From: Macrostomum lignano
Lineage: Eukaryota
DNA: 64,000 bases
Direction of reading: 5' to 3'
NCBI GenBank assembly: GCA_002269645.1
Contig: NIVC01001272.1
Coordinates: forward strand, 124,001 to 188,000
A model generated the notes under the pieces. The model was given only the letters and a program-made list of their open reading frames with translations, searched no databases and was not told where the DNA came from. Both the position numbers and the translations under genes were made by a program. This document shows, one piece after another, positions 22,019 through 32,935 of the stretch (its first letter is position 1; every line of letters starts with the position of its first letter).

Positions 22019-25000
22019 ATGTCGGAAGCTGACTACAAGAAAAGCACAAACGAGGACCTTTGTTGGCTCAAAAGTGCCACTGAAGAACAGGTAGACGACA
22101 ATCCGAACAAAGAGTTGCTCCTTGTCGCTAGAAAGTATGACTTTATCAAGGTCCGTAAAATTTTAAGTGAAGAGAGTACGGATCTGCAACTCCTGATGGA
22201 TGACAATCTTAGAACTGGCGCTCACTATGCAGCCATGCATCAAGATGGAGAAGAGGCACTCGCTGAAATTGTTCAGAGGTTTGGAACGGCCTGCCTCGTG
22301 AGTCCTGACGTTGACAAAATAACTCCTTTGCACTTGTCAGCCTGCTATCATTCGGCTCAGTCTTGGGAGAAAAATTTTCAAGGCGTCCCATCGGTCCGTT
22401 TATATCAACTGAGAGACTCCAACGGCAACACGTGCGCCCACTGGGCTGCTCAAAACTCAAAAGATTGTACAATGGTGCTAACCGTAAATAACCAGGCTTC
22501 CGGACTTTGCTGGAAGTTGAGAAATAATGGACATGAAACTGTATTTCATCACGTACTTCAGTATTGCCAAGACAGAAACGTTCTCAAAAATATTCTAGAT
22601 TGCATTGCAAAGACGAGTGGCATCCTTGGTGAAAAAGATGCGGCGGGAAATACGGCAGCACACTTTGCAGCCAAAAGCAAAATAGATGCTATCGAATATG
22701 TGCAAAGAAATGGATGAAAAGACAAAACAATTGGTTAGTATCAACGAACAGAAAGAAGGAAACAGTTCTACACTTGGCACTGATGCATTGTAGCGAGGAG
22801 TTGGCGAAGAGGCTGCTTGAGCAGTATTATTTACCGCCTCATTGGTGCGAATTGAGAGACAATCAGGGCAACACCTCTCTGCACGTACTGGCTCAGTGCC
22901 AAGGAAGAGATGCAGTGCTCCTAAAAGCTGTAGAAGTTGCGTCAAGGCAGAGTCAGAAGCAATCTTTCCAGAACCAAGATTTGGAGGCACGCCAAGTTCA
23001 GGCACAAAGATTACGTCCTCGAAAGCAAGACATGAGTAAAGCTCCTGGTTTTTTATCCACAGATTTGCCAGGAATTCAATCTGCAAAGTTTGTAGACGAA
23101 TCCAGCTATTTGCTTGCCCAAAACAAGCGCAAATCCACTGTTCTTCACTACGCTGTTGAAAATTGTCAGTTGGAAACTGTTAAAGAACTTCTTGCTAAAA
23201 TAAAGAAGTTTCGCCACCTTTTGATTGCCGACAAAGCCGGCAACACAATTCTCCACATTGCTGCTAAAAGAAAGGACAAAGCCAAAATGTTCAATCTTCT
23301 AATTGAAAAATTTGAAACTAAAATGGAGAGACAATTAGTCAAGATTATAAGCAAGAGAAACAACAAAAATCAATCGGTGCTTCACCTGGCAATCGATGTA
23401 TTCGATTCTGCTGATTCGAGAATTACCCAGAAGCTACCAAAGAGAATTTTAAAAAGCTCAGTATTGAGAATCTCTTAAAAGCGATGTCAGAGCAAGAGCA
23501 AGAGCAAGAGCTCAAGCTCGTCGACAAAGCAGGAAACACGCTGCTGCATTCGCTGATGCAGAGCCAACTCACCTATGATGGAGTCGAACAGCACATTTTG
23601 GATAGATTCAAGTTGCTCGTCAGTATGGGAGTCGATGTGAAAGCTGTAAACAACCTCAATCTGAACTGCCTACACGCGACAAAACTCGATGCTTCAGTTT
23701 TGTGCAAGTTGCTGTCAAAAGAAGAAGCAGCAACGCTCTTTGAGGTTCTGTTAGTTAATTCAGCCACAGGTGCTCACATCATCCACACTTTCTCAGGCCA
23801 ATACGATCTACAGCAGTTGAGCAGTCTTCAAGGCGGGCAGACAATGCTGGATGTGATTGCAAAAGTATCAAAAACTCATAAAGACATTCTCATCAAGAAG
23901 AGAGTCAATCCGCAATCTTGCGAAAACGCAGAGCATGGAGAGACATGCTTGCACTTTGCTTGCGCTTACGGACATCAGGAAAACATTCATTTTCTGCTGT
24001 GGAGTGGTCTGAGCCTTTGGTCGGAGTCCCATGCAGGACAGACTTGCGTTGACTACGCCTATGAAAATGGAAATTTCTACGACCTTGTTCAAGCTGTTCG
24101 GGGATACAATGATGCATGCAGATTCAATAACGACCAGAATTCTTCTGCTGAGGTGAGTTCAGATCTAATTGATGTTCCAACCACTCACAAAGAGATCAGA
24201 ATGGTCGACGTATTGTGTCTCCTAGATCCGCCTCAAAGAGCGCTAGCGCTGCCTGACAGGCAAGCTGCGAGAACGACTTTGGTGTCGATAACGAACGACT
24301 ATGGAACTACAAGGCGACAAAAGCAATTTACAAGGGGCGCTGATACGAAAAAGCAAAAAACGGACAAGATGGTTCTGATCAGAGCACTCGAAATGGACTC
24401 CAAAAAAATATTTCGCGCTGCTCTTAGCTTAAACATGCTGACAAATGCAACAGAAGCACTATTTACAGAATATTTCATCGAAACCCTGATCACAGAAGAA
24501 GACATCCGAAAAGCCTTCTCACGACAGAACATGTTCAAGAATATGCCTCACGTTGATGCAGCCACCTCGGAATTGGCACTGATAGACTTGGCCGCGTTTT
24601 TCTACCGCGACGAGATCCTACCCGATCTGATTCTGACTCGACAGTTTGAGCTGATTCCGTGCTGCCTCAGCTTGCTCATCCAGCTTGGTCCCGAAATCAT
24701 CAAGATGCGAGCCAAGGCAAAAGGCAAGCATGAGCAGCTGCTGCAACTGCAGAAGAAAGTCACAAACATTGCAATGAACGCGCTGAATGAGCTGTTTATT
24801 AACGCTAACAGCATCGAAAGCGAGCTGCTCTTCAAGTACATTAGAGGAGAAATGAAAAATCTGCAATTAAGCAGCGAAAACGGAGCAGCTGCAGAATGTA
24901 ACAAGTCTTCGGGGCCAAAATTTCCATATCGAGTCTCAGATGGATACAATGATCAGATAAAATATGGCAGCGTGCTTGACCTTGTCAAACAAGCCGACAA

Positions 25001-26726
25001 CCCAGATCTGTTTGCCACTGACTGCATCTATTCTTTGACCAAAGAAGAGTGGAGGAAGCCTATTTATGAGTGTTCAAGGGAGCAAACGAATTCTCAAAGC
25101 TGTTGCGCCAGCCTGTGCAGCTTTTCGTACAGACCGAAAATTTCAAAACCCGAGTCACCAAAGGCAAAGTTCTGGATCCACACTGTCGCATTCGTTGTGT
25201 TCCTTGGATTCTTCGGCTGGTACATTCTGAACTTCCAGAGAAGCTTTCCGCTGCCAGAAGTTGATGCACTTCTTGTAGCGTATCTTCTTTCTTTCGGCTT
25301 GCAAGAAGCAACTAAAATCTGGAGACAACGCAAAGCAAGAGAAAATTGCAAGATCGGTTCACATGTATGGTGCGTTCCTGCCTACATGGTTGACTGGCTA
25401 AATATTTTTGACCTACTGGCCATTGTGCTAATGCTGGTTGGTCTGATCGCACGGTGGTTCTACTATGGGATGGGTTTCAAGGTGGAGGACGCCTATCCTA
25501 GCCAAATGATTTTGAGCACGTCCTTTTCTCTTTTCTGCTTTCGCTCAGTTTCGCTTCTAAGTTACTTCGAAGCCGTCGGACCAATGATCAACATGCTGTC
25601 AAGTCTAATTTTTTATGACTTGCTGCCATTTTTGACAATCTTGTTTGTCATTTTCAGTTGCTTCGGCGTATTTTTCACTTGTCTGTTGTTTTCCTTTGCC
25701 TGGAATCCTGAAGCTCACGTTGGAAATCCGTACAATGGATGGCAAATGTTCATTCAGGCTGCCACCCTGCCGTTCAACTTGTTGTTCGGCAACTTCGACC
25801 TGATCGAATTCACTTATTCTCCAGACAGCACAAAGCTAGGAAAGGTTGCCATCAAGGAAGGCTATGAATGGTTTTATCATTTGCTAGTATTCATTTTCAT
25901 GGGCCTGGTAAATGTGGTTATGATGAACCTGCTGATCGCGCTCTTCAACTTGCGAGTCACTCAAATTTATGGCGTGGCCACCGGGATTTGGAGAAAGAGG
26001 TACTTTCAGATGCTGCAGGAGTACCAGACACTTACTACAATTCCACCGCCTTTCAGCTTTCTGAAGTACATTTTCAACATTCTGCAGTTCGTATTTTCGC
26101 ACTGTTGTAAGGGCTGTGGTGCGAAGAATTCAATTTCCAATGAAAATAATTTCGACGCCGATAATGTGAGTTAATTATCTTCCTCTTTTGGATTTTCGCC
26201 GCCGTTGTATATAAAATTAAAACAAATCTTTGCAAGTTTTTTATTTTACTTTTAGGCGAACACGTCGGATTGTTGGTGGCAGGACAAAAGAAGCTATACT
26301 GCCGAATACAATCGTTTCCTGGAGTTCCAGGCCATTCAGTTCCGTCGGTGCCGCTCCCGCCTGCTGCGAGACACCCAGTGGAACAGAAACGATTTCGATG
26401 TGGTGAAGGCGCACGCAGCAAATGAGCTGTCGGATTTGAAGTCGGAGTTGCTAGAGACGCTTGAAGAAGCAAAACAGCACGGTAAAAACAGCTACCGCAA
26501 GCAGGACTCGCTGTCCCAAGCAAGTACCATGGAACCGGAGCCGCGTGTGCCCAGAAAATTATCTGATACCGACAGCAATCAAAAGCTGCTTAAAGAGCTG
26601 AAGGAACAATACCAAAAAATTGAAGACAAAATGCATCGACAAAGGAGGCGAATGAAAGGCATGGAGTCGAAGCTGGACCAGCTACTGGCTCTTGTTAATC
26701 AGCAGCCTCATCACTTATCAAAATGA
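22019..26726 (+). pseudogene. Ankyrin-repeat TRP channel (TRPM-like channel core), paralogue 2, with two frameshifts (real or assembly errors)
   Basis: The acceptor ttttcag is at 21979 and the ATG at 22019. Apparent 1-bp deletions lie near 22690-22715 and 23410-23420, with no other stops. A phase-0 intron spans 26166-26255 (gtgagt..tttag). The last exon is 26256-26726. About 1,540 aa if repaired. Confidence 0.82.
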
Positions 26727-26808
26727 AACGGTAGTGTAGCACTGTAGCAGCTGCTAAACGTACGTGTAACTAATAAAACTGCACTTGCTTTAGGAAACAT
26801 ATATATAT

Positions 26809-29189
26809 ACGAGGCCAACTCCTCCGTTGGCGGAGTAAGGGGAAAAACTCCCATCGCCAGAATTTCATTTTCTGAAATCCATCAGCTGAATCCAATGACA
26901 CGAATCCCATCGTCCAAATCCTCTCCAAATCCTCTATTAAGCTCCCAAAAACCATGTTGTTTTACCTGTTTGCAAAAACTGACTGCCTGCCATCATCCAG
27001 ACTGACTCTCGCCTGTCTCCTCTCTCCTCTTTGCTCTATCATCTCTAATCTCTCCTATCTCCTCTCTGCTCTCATCTCCTCGCTTATCTATCATTTCTCA
27101 TCTCATCTCTCATCTCTACTCTCTTATCTCTCCTCTCTGCGTTCTCATATTTACTCTCTTCTTTCTCCTCACTACTTTCTCCTCTCTACTTTTTCCTCTC
27201 TCCTCTTTTATCTCTTCTCTCTTCTCTCTTCTCTCTTCTCTCCTTTATCTCCTCTCTGCTCACTCATCTCTCTACTTTCTCCCCTCTCCTCTCTCCCTTA
27301 TCCTCTCGCTTCTCTCTCCTCTCTCTCCCCTCATCTCTACTCATTTATCTCTTCTCTCTCGTCTTTCGGCTCTACTCCCTCCTGTCTCCTCTTTCTCCTC
27401 TCTTACCCCCCTCTCCTCTCTCCTCCTAATTCCCTCGTCTCTTCTCTCGCCTTTATTCTCTTTTTTTCTTTTCTCTAATCTGTCCCTTTTAATTCTCTCT
27501 GTTTATGTTCTCTTTCATCTAATCTTTTATCTTCTCTTTCCTTTTCTCTTTTCTCTATTCCATTTCATTTAGCCATTTCATCCTCTCCATGAAACAGATA
27601 TCATCAAAATCCTCTCCGTTAAACTGCAATCCATCAATTTAAAAAATATTATCTCTATCAAATTTCAGTCAATCAAGACTATGAAACTGAAGTTTATAAA
27701 AATATGCTTTTTACTTGTCTGGGTATACGTCAAAAAGTCTTCCAAATCTTCCAAATCCTCCATAAAACCTCTGAAATATCATAGCAAGTTTTCTCTTCTC
27801 GCTTCTCTCTCTCTCTCCATTCTTCTCTCTTATCTCTTCTCTCCTGTCTTCTCTCAATTCTCTCTTATCTCTCCTCTTCTCTCTCATCTCTTATCTCTAG
27901 TCGCTTATCTATCGCCTCTCCTCTACCCTGTCCTCTCTCTCTCTTCTCTTTTCTCTATCGTCTCTCCTCTCTGCTCTCATTTCTCATACTCCTATTTTCT
28001 CTCTTACCCTCTCCTTTTTCATCTGTCATCTTTCCCCTCTCCTCTCTACCGTTTCCTGTCTCATCTCTCCTCTCTCTTCTCTCTCCTCTGTACTCTCTTA
28101 TCCCTCCTCTCTCCTCCCATCTTTCCTCCCTCCTCTGCTCTCTCATTTTTCCTCTCTCCCCCCTCTAAATTCTCTTCTCTTCTCTCTCCCTCTTCATCAT
28201 TCCCGCCTCACTCCCCTCTGTCGTCTTTAATCTTTCATCTCTCATATCTACTGTCTTTTCTATCATGTTTCTATCCTCTCTTCTCCTTGAAATCTCTCTT
28301 CTCTCTACTCTCTTATCTGACGGACTGAAAGCGCCGATAATCAAACCAATTGAAATTTGTCACCCGCCTCCTCCATTACGGAAATTACACAAATGATAGC
28401 TGGCTTGAATTTCTGTACGCAACCCCCCCCCCCCCCAACTACAATCTTGGCAGAAAGTTTAAAAGTATGGAAATCGTTTTTTCAATGCTGTGCTTTTTGT
28501 TTTCATATTTAAAGCAAATAACTTATATCCCCAAACTCAGCGTTGCAAGATCTTTCCAGCAATATAAGTCTCTTTTCTCAAAGTTTAAAACTCAAGGAAC
28601 AGTTAGCCTTTGAACTTCCTGATTTAAAGCATTGAAGTATCGAGTGTACAGTCACTGCCTCCTACAGTAAGAGGCTCGCAAGTTTATTCATTGAATTTCA
28701 CTGCCCAGCTAATACACAGGGCTGCCTTTTGAAAGACGCCGATCTCGACACAGTCATATCTATCTGCTTACAATGTACTTTGCTATGTACACTCAGCCCA
28801 AACCAACCCCCCCCCCTATTCCGGGGGAATCATAAAATTTTTCTGCACCCCCAACACGCGGGGTTTTATTAGCATTGAACCCAGAACACGCGTCATCCAC
28901 CCCTCCAATACACAGCGACCTGCGGGGGGAGGTTGGGGTGGTTGTTTTTACAATTATGCCACTACCCCTCCACTGAAGAGGCAAAGTGGCCAAAGAAGGT
29001 TAAGAAAACAGTTTTCTGCTTTTTTAACGGACTTAACTTTTAATTTTTTAACATTAAAATAGCCTATTTGTTGCGTAGGAAAATTCTGCATTGATATATA
29101 TAAGTCCCGCATTTGAGTTGCCAGCCGTCTAGGAGGAGATACGCGTTAAACCCGGCCGGTCGATCGATCCACTCAGCTTTAGATATAAG
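26809..29189 (-). mobile_element. DINE-1/HINE-like (Helentron-type non-autonomous) unit A
   Basis: It starts acgaggccaactcctcc like unit B. It contains long CT-rich tracts and the conserved block (...gttgcaagatctttccagcaatataagtctc...) shared with units B-D. The far end is more diverged (ctaggaggagat). Confidence 0.6.
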
Positions 29190-30427
29190 ACGAGGCCAAC
29201 TCCTCCTTCGGAGAAGAAAGGGGAAGAACTCCAATCAGCGGAATTCCATTCCCTGAACTCCATCAGCGGAATCCCATTTTCCAACACCTCTCCGCGCAAC
29301 AGAAATCGTCTCCGTGAAACTGAACACTATCGAAATCCTCTCCGTGAAACTGAACACCATCGAAATATTCTCCGCGAAATAGAAATCCTCTCCGTGAAAC
29401 TGGACTAAATCGAAATTTCTCCGTCAAACAGCCCAGCTCTCAGAATTCATTGGTTAGGGTTAGGGTTAGGGTTAGAGCTACACACAGCTGCGTGTTGAAA
29501 GGCGCCGTAAAAACATTGAACCAATTAAATTGCGCAACTTATTTCTCAGGCAGTCAGTATCAGCGTCGGTTAAAGTTAACAAAAAGATTGCGCAATCTAA
29601 ATCAGCCCTCCAATACACAGCAACCGACCCCCTTCCAATACGCAGTGCAGCTAGAAATTGAACCCCCCCCTACTAACTATTGGGGGGGGTGTCGGTCGAA
29701 CCCCATTGAACTCCAAAATGAGCAAAATCTTTGCAGAAAGCTAAAAGTATGAAAATCTTTTCTTGAATGCTGTGAATTTAATTTTCATATTTAAAGCAAA
29801 AAACTTATATCCCCGAACTCATCGCAGCAAGATCTTTCCAGCAATATAAGTCTATCCTCTCTAAGTTCAAAACTCGAGCAACAGTTAGTGTTTGAAACTT
29901 TCTGATTTTAAGCATTGAAATATCGAGTGTACGTTCACTGCCTGCTAAAGATGCTCGCAAGTTTATGCATTAAAATGCACTGAATTTCACTGTGCAAAAA
30001 TTACACAGGGATTCCTGTTAAAAAACAGAACACAAATAGTTGCGCAATTGTCTATAAAGTCAGCCAGTGAGCCAGGGTCCAATTGTACACACGCCGCCAA
30101 TGAGAACGCGCCCATTCCCCCACAGGAGAGAAAATGCACTGGCGACATAGGAAAAAGTTGTGGCGTAATCACTCAAAATTCATGCAAATTTTCAGCTCCG
30201 AGCAGAAAAAGGGTACAATTAAGATTATCAAAGGTCAGAATTGCCGTTTTCTGCTTTTTTAGGGATCTTAAAATGTAAAAATAAAAGATTAAAATAGCCT
30301 AAAGCCATCCTCGGAAAATTTGCAGTTTTCCCACATAAGTTTCAACGCTGACTTGCAAGTATTCTAGGAGGAGTTATCCAACAAACACACACACACACAG
30401 ACAAACAACGCACCAGTTTTAGTATTA
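29190..30427 (-). mobile_element. DINE-1/HINE-like unit B
   Basis: AACTCCTCCTT at one end and AGGAGGAGTT near the other (subterminal IRs). It has ~30-bp internal repeats, (GGTTAG)4, the conserved block and a CA/GACA microsatellite end. Confidence 0.7.
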
Positions 30428-32935
30428 AAGTGGAACTCCTCCTTCGGAGGAGAAAGGGGAAGAACTCCCATCACCGGAATTCCATTCCCTGAAATCCATC
30501 AGCTGAAACTCCATGACTTGAATCCCATCTTCCAAATCGTCTCCAAATTCTTTACAAAACCTTTGAAAGACCATAGCTCAAAGACTCTCACGTCTCTCAT
30601 ATCTCCTCTCTCCTCTCTTCGCTATTATCGTGACTCTCTTCTCTCTCCTCTCTCTCATCTCATCTCTACCCCTACTCCCTTATTTATATCTTCTCCCTGG
30701 TCTTTCGTCTCTACTCTCTCCTGTCTCATTTCTCCCCTCTTTTCTCCTCTCTTCTCTCTCCCCTCTCCTCCCTCATCTCTCATCCTTCATCTCAGTCTTT
30801 CTTTCTTCTCTACTCTCCCCTCTCTTCTATTTCCCCTGTACGCTCTTATCCCTCATCTCTATTCTCTCTCCTATCATCTCTCCAAATTCTTTACAAAACC
30901 TTTCAAAGACCATAGCTCAAAGACTCTCACGTCTCTCATATCTCCTCTCTCATATCTCTTCCCTCATCTCACTCTTTCTTTCTCCTCTACTCTCCCCTCT
31001 CTTCTATTTCCTCTGTACGCTCTTATCCGTCATCTATTCTCTTTCCTATTATCTCTCTTGTCTCCCTCTGCTATCTCATATCTCCCCTCTCATCTCCTCT
31101 CTCCTCTTCTCTTCTCTCTCCCTCTTCGTTTCCGCCTTACTCCCCTCTTCTCTTCCATCGGTCATGTCTAATCTATCCACTCATTTCTACTCTGTTTTAT
31201 ACCATCTCATGTCTCTTCTCTTTTCGATCTTCTCTTTACTCTCTTTTATGACTGATTGAAGATGCCAAATCTATCAAGATCCTCTCCGCGAAGCAGAAAT
31301 CCTCTCCGTGAAACTGAAAACCATTGAAATCCTCTCCGCGAAACAGAAATCCTCTCCGTGAAACTGAAAACCATCGAAATTATCTCTTTAAAACTGGACT
31401 CAATCGAAATTTTCTCCGTCAAAAAGAATAAAATATTAGGATTCATTGGTTAGGGTTATTGTTAGGGTTAGGGTTAGGGTTAAAGCTACACACAGCTGCG
31501 TGTTTAAATAAAAAATTGAGCCAATTGAATCAATTGATTGCGCAACCGATTTCAAAGTCAGTCAGTATCAGTCTCGGGTAAAGTGAACAAAAAGATTGCG
31601 AAATTTAAATCAACCCTCCAGTACACAGAGACCGGCCCCTTTTCAATACGCAGTGGCAGTTAGAAATTTAACCCGGGTGTTGGGGGCATTGAACTAAAAA
31701 TGAGTACAATCTTTGCAGAAAGCTAAAAGTATGGAAATAGTTTTTGTATGCTGTGCTTTTAGTCTTTATATTTAAAGCAAACAATTTATATCCTCGAACT
31801 CAGCGTTGCAAGATCTTTTCAGCAGTATAAGTCTCTTCTCTTAAAGTTTAGAACTCGAAGAGCAGTTAGCGTTTGAAAGTTCCCGTTTTAAAGCATTGAA
31901 ATATCGAGTGTACGTTCACTGCCTGCCAAAGAGGCTCGCAAGTTTATTCATTCATTACACAGGCCGGCTATTACACAGGGCAGCCTATTAAAAGGCACAG
32001 ATAATGAAAAAAATTGATGTCGCAACCGATTTCACAGTCAGTCATTATCAGTCTCAGTTAAAGTTAACAAAAACATTGCGCAATATAAATCAACCCTCCA
32101 ATCCACAGCAGTAGTGAGAAGTTGAACCCTCCCCCCAACTTTATCTATTTCGTCTCGCAAAACTGAGTACAATATTTGCAAAAAGTTAAAGTATGGAAAT
32201 AGTTTTTCAAATGCTGTGCTTTTTCTTTTCATATTTAAAGCAAACAACTTATATCCCCGAACTCAGCGTTGCAAGATCTTTCCAGCAATATAAGTTTCTC
32301 TTTTCAAAGTTTAAAACTCGAGGAACAGTTAGCGTTTGAAACTGTCTGATTTATAGCATTGAAGTATGGAGTGTACGTTCACTGCCTGCTTGCAAGTTGA
32401 TGCATTGAATTTCAATGTCCAACAAATACACAGGGCTGCCCATTGAGAGGCAGGAAAACTTATCAGTAGCCATATATTGCGCAATTATCTATACAGTCAG
32501 CCAGTGAGCCAGGGTCCAAGTGTACACACGCAGCCACTGAGAACGCTCCCACCCCCCACTGGAAAGAAAATACACTACAGAGATAGGGAAAAGTTGTGGC
32601 GCAATCACTAAAAATTCGTGCATTTTTCAGCTCCAAGCAGAAAGAGGGGACAATTAAGATTATCAAAGGTCAAGATTCAAGTTTTCTGCTTTTTTGAGGA
32701 TCTTAGAAATTAAAATTTCAGAATTAAAATAGCCTATAGCCGACCTCGGATAATTTCCAATCTTCCCATATAAGTTTCAACGCTGAGTTGGCACTATTCA
32801 AGGAGGAGTTGTCGAAATGACAGACAGACACACAGACAGACAGACAAACAACGCGTCAACTTTAGTATATATAGATGACAGACAGACACACAGACAGACA
32901 GACAAACAACGCGTCAACTTTAGTATATATAGATA
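30428..32935 (-). mobile_element. DINE-1/HINE-like unit C
   Basis: Same ends as unit D. The conserved block is internally duplicated (about 31520-31960 and 32020-32420). The 58-bp terminal segment is duplicated (32817-32874 and 32875-32932). Confidence 0.75.
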
